A model generated the notes under the pieces. The model did not search any database. It was given only the letters and a program-made list of their open reading frames with translations, and was not told where the DNA came from. A stretch of 35,737 bases of DNA from Chlamydiales bacterium. Its GTDB lineage: Bacteria; Chlamydiota; Chlamydiia; Chlamydiales; JBDQID01. The DNA lies in NCBI GenBank assembly GCA_047611865.1, contig JBLFWS010000013.1, positions 1 to 35,737 of the forward strand, read 5' to 3'. A program made the translations under genes and the position numbers. Shown here piece by piece: positions 9,255 through 18,599 of this stretch (position 1 is its first letter; each line of letters opens with the position of its first letter).

Positions 9255-9472
9255 AACGCGAAGGACGCGAAGATCGCGAAGGAAGATAAGAGGAGAGAAG
9301 AAGAGAGGAGTCACTATAATTAGTTTACACAGTTGACTGGACACTCCCGACACTCCCGACACCCCCAATTCTTCATTCAATCCACTATACTTAACATCAA
9401 AATACCTGCCCCTCTGGACACCCTCTTCTTATCCCCCTTCTCTTCCATCGCGATCTTCGCTGCCTTCGCGTT
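9255..9472. repeat. Palindromic element with arms of 3 x 9-nt units and an internal 9-nt tandem repeat
   Basis: Left arm AACGCGAAGGACGCGAAGATCGCGAAGGAAG (9255-9285) matches the reverse complement of 9442-9472 at 28/31. Internal GACACTCCC x2 plus GACACCCCC at 9340-9366. Confidence 0.85.
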
Positions 9473-9496
9473 AAATTCTTCTCTTATTTTATCTTC

Positions 9497-12400
9497 TCAC
9501 ATAGAGCGCCGGAATTCTCCACCACATTCATCAAGTAGGTGTGTGATTTGACCCAGAGAAGCATATTTTACTGTTTCCATAAGTTCTTCAAAGATATTCC
9601 CTCCTGAAAGAGCCACACGCCTTAAACTCTCTAATGCTTCAAGGTTCTTACTTCCAGCAGCTTTGACAAAGGCTTGTGTAGAATGAATCTGCCTTTGCTT
9701 TTCTTCTTCAGTTGCTCGTATTACTTCTATGTTTTCATAATCCGTTTGAGAATCTTCGGAGACAAACGTATTAACACCAATGATTGGTAACTCTCCGGTG
9801 GATTTTTGCATCTCGTATTTCATAGATTCCGTTTGAATCCTATGCCTTTGATATTGCTTCTCCATAGCTCCAAATACCCCTCCCCTACGGGACAGGGATT
9901 CAAATTCACTGAGAACGGCCTCCTCAACAAGATCTGTCAATTCATCATAGAAAAATGAGCCTTGCATGGGGTTTTCACATTTCGTGACCCCGTACTCTTT
10001 TGTCAGAATCAGCTGTATAGCCATAGCCCGGCGCACCGATTCTTCAGTAGGAGTTGTTATCGCTTCATCATAGGCATTCGTATGTAAGGAATTGCAATGA
10101 TCATAGATGGCCATTAACGCCTGAAGGGTCGTTCTAATATCATTAAAGTCTATCTCCTGTGCGTGGAGACTACGTCCTGAGGTTTGAATGTGATATTTTA
10201 GCTTACAGCTCCTGTCATTGGCTCCATATTTATTACGCATCGTCACAGCCCATATTCTTCTTGCTACTCTGCCAATAACAGAGTACTCGGGGTCAAGACC
10301 ACTGCTAAAGAAGAAAGATAAATTTGCTGCAAAATCATCAATAGGCATCCCACGAGACAAGTAGTACTCTACATAGGTAAAACCATTGGCAAGTGTTAAG
10401 GCAAGTTGTGTAATAGGGTTGGCTCCAGCTTCTGCAATATGATAACCGCTGATGCTTACCGAATAGAAATTTCTGATATTTTTCGCGATAAAGTACTCTT
10501 GTATATCCCCCATAATCTTCAATGAAAATTTGGATGAAAAGATACAGGTATTCTGTGCCTGCTCTTCTTTCAAAATATCCGCCTGCACAGTCCCCCTTAC
10601 AATGCTTAAAACATTGCCTCGGATTTCCTTGTAGCGCTCCTTAGGGATATCATCACGTCCCTTCCCCTCCTCTTTCTCTACTTCGAAATCAATAGCGGCA
10701 TTCATATACATTGCCAAAATCATTGGCGCAGGGCCATTTATAGTAAGGGACACGGATGTCAATCTGTCTGAGAGATCAAAGCCTTTAAAAAGCGTTTTCA
10801 TATGATCAAGAGTTGCAATGCTCACACCGCTATTACCAATCTTTCCGTAAATATCTGGCCTCTCAGCAGGATCTTCTCCGTACAAGGTTACAGAATCAAA
10901 TGCAGTACTTAATCTTTTTGCATTGTCATTCCTGCTAAGGTAATGAAAGCGCTTGTTCGTTCTTTCGGGTCCCCCTTCTCCTGCGAATTGTCTTTTTGGA
11001 TCCTCCTCAACATTCTTCAAAGGAAAGACTCCGGCGGTGTAAGGGAAATGTCCGGGAAAGTTCTCCATTCTCATAAAAGTTAAAACGTCACCCCAATCCC
11101 TGTGACGTGGCAAGGCTATTTTGGGTATTCGTGTATCGGAAAGGGAAGAGGTAAAAAGAGCTCTTTTAAGGACTTTATCACGCACTTTATATTCGAGTTC
11201 ATCGACACTGTACTTTTCCATAAGCTCAGTGTAATGACGAATTCGTTCTTCTGCTTCTTCTCCTATCTCCTCCTTGAAACGTTTGATCTCATTATCCAGA
11301 TATTCCTCAACGTTATCAGAGGCAGATCCTAAACATTCTTTTTTTACAGCTTGAAACTGATAGATCTTTGAAGCTATTTTGGCCTTTTCCCGAGTGCCCA
11401 CTTTATACTCTTGAATGATTTCCGCAATTTCACCAAGATAGTACGTTCTATGTGCCGGTATAATAGTAAAAAGTTGATGATCGTAGATTTGCTCAATTTT
11501 ATCATGATTCATCTTCACATTATGCAGACCCTTTTCTTGTGAAAGCTTCATCACATAAAGAAAAAGTTTTGTGACTTCAGGATTGTTAAAATCAGAAGCT
11601 ATGGTGCCAAAGATAGGAAAAGACTTTCTGTTTTCCTTTGTAGCTTTTTGATTGTGGGAGTTGGCATAGGCATGAATAACGTCTTCAAAGGCATCCTCTG
11701 CACCCATCTTGTCAAATTTGTTCAAGACTACGATATCGGCGTAATCAATCATGTCTATTTTCTCTAATTGCGTAGAGGCTCCATACTCACTTGTCATGAC
11801 ATACATGGAGATATCTGATAGCTCAACAACAGCCGCGTTACCTTGACCGATACCTGTAGTTTCTAATATCAACAAATCAATTCCGGAGCGTTTTAACAGG
11901 TTCAGAGTATTCAAGACAGGCTCTGCAACTTCCTTGCCTGAATCTCTCGTGGCCATTGAACGCAGAAAAACTCTATCGTTATATATGGAGTTCATCCGGA
12001 TACGATCTCCAAGAAGCCCTCCGCCTGTTTTTTTCTTAGTGGGGTCAAATGCCAGAATGGCCACTTTTCCTTCGGGGCAAGAATAAAGGAATCTCGTTAC
12101 GAGCTCATCTACAAGAGAACTTTTTCCAGCTCCCCCTGGTCCCGTGATACCTAAAACGATGGGTTTATCGTCAGCTTCTGTTTCAAAAAGTTTTAGAAAT
12201 TTTTCTTTGATGTCAGGCAATAAGTTCTCTTGTTCCATCAATGTAATTGCCTTAGACATCTCAATAGAGCTCAACGCTTCTTTCTGAGTCAATTTTTCCA
12301 GGATTTTTTCGTAATAAGCCTTATCTCTATTTACTCTTTCCATCCGGCTCAAAGAATCCCTGATCACCCCGTCCAATCCTAAACTTCTGCCATCTTCAGC

Positions 12401-12751
12401 ATGATACAGTCTCGTAATACCATAATCGTGTAACTGCTCTATTTCACTAGGGAGTATTGTGCCTCCACCTCCACCAAAAATCTTCACATGCTTCGATTCA
12501 TTTTCTATGAGGGAGTCTCGAAGGAACTTAAAAAATTCCATATGCCCTCCTTGATAGGAGCTTATACAGACGGCATCTACATCTTCCTGGATAGCAGTGG
12601 TTATAATTTGATGCACACTCCGATTGTGCCCAATATGGATCACTTCCAGGCCTGCCTTTTGAAACAACCTCCTAAACATATTAATAGCAGCGTCATGTCC
12701 ATCAAAAAGTGAAGATGCTGTGACAATTCTGAAAATTTGATCCGTCTTCAT
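9497..12751 (-). CDS. icmF: Fused isobutyryl-CoA mutase / MeaB-like GTPase chaperone (AdoCbl-dependent)
   Basis: Domain order is B12-binding (FDGHDAAIN), G-domain (GPGGAGKSS, GDRIRMN, NKFD), then mutase barrel. The barrel has RQFAGEG (Phe, not the Tyr of methylmalonyl-CoA mutase) and SISGYHIAEAG. 1084 aa. Confidence 0.93.
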   Translation of the reverse strand: MKTDQIFRIVTASSLFDGHDAAINMFRRLFQKAGLEVIHIGHNRSVHQIITTAIQEDVDAVCISSYQGGHMEFFKFLRDSLIENESKHVKIFGGGGGTILPSEIEQLHDYGITRLYHAEDGRSLGLDGVIRDSLSRMERVNRDKAYYEKILEKLTQKEALSSIEMSKAITLMEQENLLPDIKEKFLKLFETEADDKPIVLGITGPGGAGKSSLVDELVTRFLYSCPEGKVAILAFDPTKKKTGGGLLGDRIRMNSIYNDRVFLRSMATRDSGKEVAEPVLNTLNLLKRSGIDLLILETTGIGQGNAAVVELSDISMYVMTSEYGASTQLEKIDMIDYADIVVLNKFDKMGAEDAFEDVIHAYANSHNQKATKENRKSFPIFGTIASDFNNPEVTKLFLYVMKLSQEKGLHNVKMNHDKIEQIYDHQLFTIIPAHRTYYLGEIAEIIQEYKVGTREKAKIASKIYQFQAVKKECLGSASDNVEEYLDNEIKRFKEEIGEEAEERIRHYTELMEKYSVDELEYKVRDKVLKRALFTSSLSDTRIPKIALPRHRDWGDVLTFMRMENFPGHFPYTAGVFPLKNVEEDPKRQFAGEGGPERTNKRFHYLSRNDNAKRLSTAFDSVTLYGEDPAERPDIYGKIGNSGVSIATLDHMKTLFKGFDLSDRLTSVSLTINGPAPMILAMYMNAAIDFEVEKEEGKGRDDIPKERYKEIRGNVLSIVRGTVQADILKEEQAQNTCIFSSKFSLKIMGDIQEYFIAKNIRNFYSVSISGYHIAEAGANPITQLALTLANGFTYVEYYLSRGMPIDDFAANLSFFFSSGLDPEYSVIGRVARRIWAVTMRNKYGANDRSCKLKYHIQTSGRSLHAQEIDFNDIRTTLQALMAIYDHCNSLHTNAYDEAITTPTEESVRRAMAIQLILTKEYGVTKCENPMQGSFFYDELTDLVEEAVLSEFESLSRRGGVFGAMEKQYQRHRIQTESMKYEMQKSTGELPIIGVNTFVSEDSQTDYENIEVIRATEEEKQRQIHSTQAFVKAAGSKNLEALESLRRVALSGGNIFEELMETVKYASLGQITHLLDECGGEFRRSM

Positions 12752-12843
12752 TACGACCGGTCCTCCATATTGAATTTGAAGGGCATATTATCGTTTTGAC
12801 AAGTGCATATCAATCTGTTTTTTTTAATTCCAAGTACTAAGGA

Positions 12844-14022
12844 ATGTGGAAATCAATCAACCAAACAGTTATAGTTCTAAGAGCTATGACTACCTTTTTA
12901 TACTCAAAAACAATTCTTACGTACCTCGCCCGGGTAAAACTACTTGCTAGAGATATTCTCAAGCGGGAACTGCTTTTATCTGTTCGTGGTGAACGCTTTA
13001 GCATGGGTACTAGCAGCTACCCTCTATCTTTTGTGGTATTTGAAGGGAACAAACGCCTGGGTTATTTCGATTACGAGACCTTTGAAATCGGAATTAACCG
13101 ACATGTTATGTTGATGACAAAGCCTGAGGACCTTAGAAACCTCCTTCGTCATGAGCTTGCCCACTACATGATGTTTATCAAATATGGTCATACAGTCTCT
13201 GCACATGGACCCGAATTCCGTGATCTTTGTAAGAGCTATGGCTGGGGTGAGGCTGTTTATGCTTCACAATCACCAACTATTGACAATCCATCCGGAGAGC
13301 TAATTCACCTGCATGATGAAAGAATCCTTTCAAAGATCCAAAAAATCCTTGCTCTGACTGCAAGTCATAATCCTCACGAAGCCGAACAAGCTACTGTTAA
13401 GGCAAACAGCCTACTTACCAAATATAACCTTCGTGAAATACACTCTCTTGATTCAAGTCATTCTCAGCAATTTGATGAAGATATGTGGGTAAAAAGAATT
13501 CTTAAGAAAAAACGCTCTAACGCCAAGCTAAACTCCATCATTTCTATTCTTAGAACTTTTTACGTCTATCCTGTCCTCAATTACGGGTCGAATATCGTGT
13601 ATCTCGAAATATTTGGAAGTAAAACCAACACCTCCATTGCCGAGCATGTAGGGATCTTTCTGGACCAGGAGCTCGAGAAACTCTGGCTAAGAATACAAAA
13701 GGGTCACCCCCACCTTAAAGGACTTGCCAGTAAAAATTCTTTTATGCGCGGAGTTGCAAAAGGCTATTGCAGTAAAATTGAATCACTTAAGGACGACTAC
13801 TCCCCCGCTGACCAAAAAGCTTTAATCGTCTTGGAAAACAAACTAAGTTTATCTATGGAGATGGCGTACCCAAAACTCTCACATCGCAGCAGCTCCTATC
13901 AAAACTGTGAAAAAGCGTCAGAAATAGGTAAAAAAGAAGGACAAAAGTTACAGATACAGAGCTGTCTAGAGAAAAGCCCTAAAAAAGGGTTGATTTCTGG
14001 ACTAGTAGATTTTTTCAAATAA
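12844..14022 (+). CDS. SprT-like zinc metalloprotease / DUF2786-domain protein (start may be 12886)
   Basis: LRHELAHY...HGPEF is a SprT-type zincin motif. ILSKIQKILALTASHNPHEAEQATVKANSLLTKYNL matches the DUF2786 pattern. Confidence 0.8.
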   Translation: MWKSINQTVIVLRAMTTFLYSKTILTYLARVKLLARDILKRELLLSVRGERFSMGTSSYPLSFVVFEGNKRLGYFDYETFEIGINRHVMLMTKPEDLRNLLRHELAHYMMFIKYGHTVSAHGPEFRDLCKSYGWGEAVYASQSPTIDNPSGELIHLHDERILSKIQKILALTASHNPHEAEQATVKANSLLTKYNLREIHSLDSSHSQQFDEDMWVKRILKKKRSNAKLNSIISILRTFYVYPVLNYGSNIVYLEIFGSKTNTSIAEHVGIFLDQELEKLWLRIQKGHPHLKGLASKNSFMRGVAKGYCSKIESLKDDYSPADQKALIVLENKLSLSMEMAYPKLSHRSSSYQNCEKASEIGKKEGQKLQIQSCLEKSPKKGLISGLVDFFK

Positions 14023-14076
14023 TAGTATGCTAACAAATAATTTATTAGCTCAAAATTTAAAGGGAATTTTAACTCC

Positions 14077-15270
14077 ATGGCATCAACCGCGACAGATAAT
14101 CTCTATCAAGAATCAATTGAAATGCATGCAAAATACCGAGGCAAAATTTCCATTCAGGCCAAGGTACCGATAAATACCAAGGCTGACCTCTCCCTTGCTT
14201 ATACACCAGGTGTAGCTGAGCCTTGCCGCGAAATCCATGCCGATAAAGAAAAAGCTTATCTTTACACAATTAAAGGGAACCTCGTGGCTGTTGCTACTGA
14301 CGGTACAGCCGTGCTAGGCCTCGGAGATATCGGACCAGAAGCTAGCATGCCGGTAATGGAAGGTAAAGCCATCCTCTTCAAGAAATTTGCTGACATTGAT
14401 GCCTTTCCCATATGTGTTGATAGCAAAGATCCCGAAGAGTTTGTCAACATCATGGCCAAAATTTCGCCGACTTTCGGAGGTATTAACCTCGAAGACATCT
14501 CAGCTCCCCGATGCTTTGAAATAGAGAGAATGCTTCAGGAAAGAGTCGATATTCCCGTATTTCACGATGACCAGCATGGTACAGCGATTGTTGTATTAGC
14601 AGCTCTTATTAACGCTTTTAAACTTTCTGGTAAGTCATTAAAGGAGAGCAGTATCGTCATTAATGGTGCTGGAGCTGCCGGTGTCGCCACAGCGAAATTA
14701 CTACAGTCCTATGGCGTCGAAGACATCGTAATATGCGATACCAAAGGCATCATCTTTGAGGGACGCACGGAAAACATGAACCCCTTCAAAGTACTCATTG
14801 CATCCAATACGAACAAAAAAGGAAAAACCGGTAATCTTGCTAAAGCACTCGAAGGTGCCGATGTTTTTATCGGAGTATCTGTTCCTGGTGTTCTAAGCAA
14901 AGAAATGATTCAGTCAATGGCCGACAAGAGAATCATCTTTGCTCTTGCTAACCCCGTCCCCGAAATCATGCCCGACGAAGCTTTGGCTGCCGGAGCCGCA
15001 GTCGTTTGCACAGGCAGATCCGACTTTCCCAACCAGGTCAACAATGTTCTAGCCTTTCCCGGTATTTTCAGGGGTGCCCTGGACATTCGCGCTTCCTGCA
15101 TCAACGAAGAAATGAAAATGGCTGCTGCAGAAGCTCTTGCAGATCTGGTTAGTGATGAAGATAGAGCCTCTGACTTTGTCATCCCAAAAACCTTTGACAA
15201 TAGAATTGTAAAGGCTGTCTCAAAAGCTGTTGCAGACGCCGCAGTGCGAACCGGTGTAATTAGAAAATAG
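14077..15270 (+). CDS. NAD(P)-dependent malic enzyme (short form, no PTA domain)
   Basis: [36 protein letters not shown] and [12 protein letters not shown]. Confidence 0.95.
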   Translation: MASTATDNLYQESIEMHAKYRGKISIQAKVPINTKADLSLAYTPGVAEPCREIHADKEKAYLYTIKGNLVAVATDGTAVLGLGDIGPEASMPVMEGKAILFKKFADIDAFPICVDSKDPEEFVNIMAKISPTFGGINLEDISAPRCFEIERMLQERVDIPVFHDDQHGTAIVVLAALINAFKLSGKSLKESSIVINGAGAAGVATAKLLQSYGVEDIVICDTKGIIFEGRTENMNPFKVLIASNTNKKGKTGNLAKALEGADVFIGVSVPGVLSKEMIQSMADKRIIFALANPVPEIMPDEALAAGAAVVCTGRSDFPNQVNNVLAFPGIFRGALDIRASCINEEMKMAAAEALADLVSDEDRASDFVIPKTFDNRIVKAVSKAVADAAVRTGVIRK

Positions 15271-15278
15271 CTTAAGCT

Positions 15279-15312
15279 CGAGCTTGCTGAATTTATAAAA
15301 TTCGCAAGCTCG
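15279..15312. terminator. Hairpin between convergent genes, probable terminator
   Basis: CGAGCTTGC(T)GAATTT...AAATTCGCAAGCTCG long stem; weak T tail. Confidence 0.55.
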
Positions 15313-15360
15313 TTCTTATAGTCGATTATAATGATTTCTTTCCTCTGACAAGTCAAAACC

Positions 15361-16056
15361 TCACCAAGGGATTTCATTTCCATCATATCGGAAAAATTTC
15401 CCAGACTTTTCCAAAGTCAGTTGATCTATCACCTTGCACATGCCTTGAATACTTTCCTCTGGAGATATTAGAGCATTGGGACCGCCCATATCTGTTTTCA
15501 CCCACCCGGGATGTAGAACGGTGGCAATCACTCCTTGATTCTTGAGATCAATAGAAATGCTTTTTATGACAGCATTCAACGCTGCCTTACTTGACCTGTA
15601 AAGATAGCTCCCCCCACCTTGGTTATCGGTGATACTCCCCATCAGACTCGTGATATTTACCAAACATTTCTTTTCACCCTTCAAGAGATTTTCTAAAAAA
15701 ACCTCTGCCATTTTGACTGGAGCCATCAGGTTAACCTGCATAGTTTTTTCCCAATCGTCGTAATTAATATCTCCAAAAGATTGACTTCTGCCGTAGTAGA
15801 CGCCCGCGTTATTTATCAATACATCAAGAGCTTCCCCTTCAATTTCTTTTTTAAGCTCTTCAATATCATTCTGCTTCGATAAATCCAGAGAATAAACTCT
15901 CAAGCTATCCCCAAACTCACTGTGCAAATCCTGAAGAGTTTTTGCAGCCTCCGGCTCCCTGCAAGTAGCTAGAACTTTCCATCCTTTACCCAGGTATTGC
16001 CTGGAGAACTCTAAACCTAAGCCTCTGTTAGCTCCTGTTACCATTACTGTAGGCAT
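15361..16056 (-). CDS. SDR oxidoreductase, CsgA/C-factor-like
   Basis: TGANRGLG, INNAG, YRSSKAALN and LHPGWVKTDMGG. Confidence 0.9.
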   Translation of the reverse strand: MPTVMVTGANRGLGLEFSRQYLGKGWKVLATCREPEAAKTLQDLHSEFGDSLRVYSLDLSKQNDIEELKKEIEGEALDVLINNAGVYYGRSQSFGDINYDDWEKTMQVNLMAPVKMAEVFLENLLKGEKKCLVNITSLMGSITDNQGGGSYLYRSSKAALNAVIKSISIDLKNQGVIATVLHPGWVKTDMGGPNALISPEESIQGMCKVIDQLTLEKSGKFFRYDGNEIPW

Positions 16057-16162
16057 CTTTGATGCTCCCTTTGCTGTGAATTGAAGTCATTCCAAATTAC
16101 AACATTTGACAATATCTTTTGACACATTACTATCATTACTTAATCGATGTAATGGAGGCCCT

Positions 16163-17875
16163 ATGTCATTATGGCAAAAATCTCGAAATCTGATCCCATC
16201 AGTGATCACTCTTTTTCTTTTTATAAATTTCTCATCTTGCTCATCTGCACATAAAAAAGAGACCTCATACCAAAATGGGATGGTTGTCAGTACCCATTCC
16301 ATTGCCTCCAAAGTTGGAATCGATATTTTGAAAAAAGGAGGAAATGCCATCGATGCAGCAGTCGCTGTATCCTATGCCTTGTCTGTCGTGTATCCCGAAG
16401 CCGGAAATATCGGTGGTGGAGGCTTCATGCTTATTCGTTACAATGATGGCGGAACCACCGCTATAGACTTTAGAGAAACAGCCCCCGGAAAATCTAATAG
16501 AGACATGTATCTCGATATTGAGGGTAAAGTAATCCCTGAACTTAGCACCGTAGGAGCTCTCTCTGTTGGCGTTCCCGGAACTGTTGCTGGAACTATTTAC
16601 GCTTTAGAAAAGTATGGATCCATGAGCCGTGAAGAGGTCATTAGACCTTCTATCGAATTAGCTGAAGCCGGTTGGGTTTTAGATAGGCCTTTGGGAGGTG
16701 ATGAGTTCAAACGTTTCCCCTCTTCGAATGCCATCTTCAACAAAGCCGATGGAACCCCATATCAAAAGGGGGATGTTTTTATACAAAAAGACCTCGCAAA
16801 AACCCTTAGACTAATTTCCGAAAAAGGTCATCAGGGCTTCTATAGCGGTGAGGTTGCTGAAAAACTCATCGACACCATGCAAAAATATAATGGCCTTATT
16901 ACTAGGCAAGATCTCAATGACTATCAAGTCGTAGAACGAGCTCCTGTACGGGGAACCTACCGTGGCTATGAAATCATTTCCATGTCTCCACCTAGCTCCG
17001 GAGGACTCTGCCTCATTGAGCTTCTCAATATCCTTGAAAGATATGACATACAAGCTTTGGGTTGGAACACTCCCGAAACCATTCATCTTGTTGCAGAAGC
17101 TGAAAGAAGAGCCTATGCCGATAGGGCTGAATTTCTTGGTGACCCCGATTTTGTTGTGATCCCCACACTAAAGCTGCTTTCAAAAAAATTCGCGGACAGG
17201 CGAGCCCAAGACATAGACCTTAAAAAAGCAACTCCCAGTTATCTTGTGACACATGGAAAGCTGAATCCCGTAGCACATGAAAAAGAAGAAACCACCCACT
17301 ATTCTATCGTTGATAAACAAGGTACCTGTGTTTCCGTAACAACAACCCTAAATGGTTCCTTTGGCAGCTATCTCTCAGTTGAGGGTGGAGGATTTCTCTT
17401 AAACAATGAAATGGATGATTTCAGTGCAAAACCTGGTGAGCCCAATATGTATGGTCTACTGGGTGGTGATGCAAATGCCATTGAACCCCACAAAAGAATG
17501 CTAAGCTCCATGGCACCAACCATACTCACAAAAAATGGAAACAACTTTATGGTGATTGGCACTCCGGGAGGCTCAACGATTATTACAACGGTGCTACAAT
17601 GTATCATGAATGTTGTGGATCATAAGATGAGTATTCAAGAAGCCGTTGAAGCACCCCGATTTCATCATCAGTGGTATCCCGATACCATCCAATATGAGGA
17701 AGAAAAGTCTACTATTTCCATGAGTACGAAAAAGAAGCTCAAAAGCTTGGGTCATGATCTTAGTGGCCGAGGTAATATTGGAGATGCTCACGGTATACTT
17801 ATAGACCCCCTCTCACAAACATTTAAGGGCGGAGCAGATCCCCGAGGTGCAGTAAGTGCAGCCTTAGGGTACTAG
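16163..17875 (+). CDS. ggt: Gamma-glutamyltransferase, exported (possible lipoprotein)
   Basis: GGNAIDAAVA, IDFRETAP, ETTHYS (autoprocessing Thr), LNNEMDDF, GTPGGSTI and GGADPR. ATG 16163 follows a GGAGG RBS. Confidence 0.95.
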   Translation: MSLWQKSRNLIPSVITLFLFINFSSCSSAHKKETSYQNGMVVSTHSIASKVGIDILKKGGNAIDAAVAVSYALSVVYPEAGNIGGGGFMLIRYNDGGTTAIDFRETAPGKSNRDMYLDIEGKVIPELSTVGALSVGVPGTVAGTIYALEKYGSMSREEVIRPSIELAEAGWVLDRPLGGDEFKRFPSSNAIFNKADGTPYQKGDVFIQKDLAKTLRLISEKGHQGFYSGEVAEKLIDTMQKYNGLITRQDLNDYQVVERAPVRGTYRGYEIISMSPPSSGGLCLIELLNILERYDIQALGWNTPETIHLVAEAERRAYADRAEFLGDPDFVVIPTLKLLSKKFADRRAQDIDLKKATPSYLVTHGKLNPVAHEKEETTHYSIVDKQGTCVSVTTTLNGSFGSYLSVEGGGFLLNNEMDDFSAKPGEPNMYGLLGGDANAIEPHKRMLSSMAPTILTKNGNNFMVIGTPGGSTIITTVLQCIMNVVDHKMSIQEAVEAPRFHHQWYPDTIQYEEEKSTISMSTKKKLKSLGHDLSGRGNIGDAHGILIDPLSQTFKGGADPRGAVSAALGY

Positions 17876-17896
17876 AAAAATCTGACAAAAGAGGCC

Positions 17897-17931
17897 AAAA
17901 AAGGAGGCTAAATTAGATTTTGCCTCCTTTT
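17897..17931. terminator. Bidirectional intrinsic terminator
   Basis: AAAAAAGGAGGC-loop-GCCTCCTTTT downstream of ggt. Confidence 0.75.
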
Positions 17932-17954
17932 AAATTTGGAGTAATTTAAAAACT

Positions 17955-18217
17955 CTACTTTGCTTTAGCATCCATGGCATCTTTAACTTCCGCAAGTAAA
18001 AGGCGTTGTTGCATTAATCAACCACCGAGAACACAGACTCGACTTTCAACATTTTTGAACCACAGAGAACACAGAGCTCACAGAGAAGATTTTGAGACCT
18101 CTGAGAGGCGTCTTCTGGGCTATTTTATTTTTCAGTGTCCTCTCTGTGTCCTCTGTGATCTCGGTGGTGGAATAGTGCAACAAGGCCATCTACTGGAAAA
18201 GTCTCTGATGGCATCAT
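17955..18217 (-). pseudogene. Possible gene remnant split and deleted by the 18002-18187 element
   Basis: Minus strand has an AGGAG RBS and MMPSETFPVD (18217-18188) running into the element end. LLAEVKDAMDAKAK* (stop at 17955) and a terminator lie on the other side. Confidence 0.3.
18002..18187. mobile_element. 186-bp MITE-like element with IS903-like termini and 9-nt periodic inner arms
   Basis: The 36-bp terminal inverted repeats match at 31/36. The left end GGCGTTGTTGCATTAATC resembles the IS903 IR (GGCTTTGTTGAATAAATC). No target duplication. Confidence 0.75.
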
Positions 18218-18599
18218 ATTACGGAACTCCTATTATTTAGAATTAAACTTATTTTACAGACAAAGATATAATATATTAACTTCGTAAAGAATTTATGAAG
18301 ACAATAAGGCTGTAGCTCTTTATGAACCTATCCTACTACTCAAATTTAAACCCTGTCGATACACTATCCAGAGGTAAGAGGGGGAGAATTAGCTCATGCC
18401 CACGCATTAAAATTATTTATTTATCTCATAACAGGCTGTGACTTTATTTCTTCTCTCATTTATAATTTTAGAGCTTTGTTATTAACAAATCAGCTCTATC
18501 CATTTTATTTCACTTAGACATACCTCCTCTAAGTCTAATGAGGAATCACGTTGATTTCAAAATAAAGAACTATAAGCTACATAAACTTTTAAAATAAAA

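Noticed and set aside
9159..9551. ORFs 9159..9380 (-) and 9333..9551 (+)
   Set aside because: They are translations of the 9-nt periodic repeats (GVSGVSGVS, LRDLRVLRV, HSRHSRH), with no RBS or family motif.
12796..12813. TTGACA with TTGA/TCAA symmetry upstream of icmF and the SprT-like gene
   Set aside because: No -10 at proper spacing, and too little similarity to the 31848 palindrome to claim a shared regulon.
14910..15386. Long antisense ORFs here and at 18686..19123, 22364..22756, 28532..28930 and 30950..31294
   Set aside because: Shadow frames of well-supported genes, with no independent motifs.
9255..18187. CRISPR interpretation of the short repeats
   Set aside because: Units are 9 nt, contiguous and inverted, with no spacers and no cas genes.
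17974..18240. 88-aa ORF
   Set aside because: It reads through the MITE; HREHRAHRE and LCVLCDL are repeat-derived.
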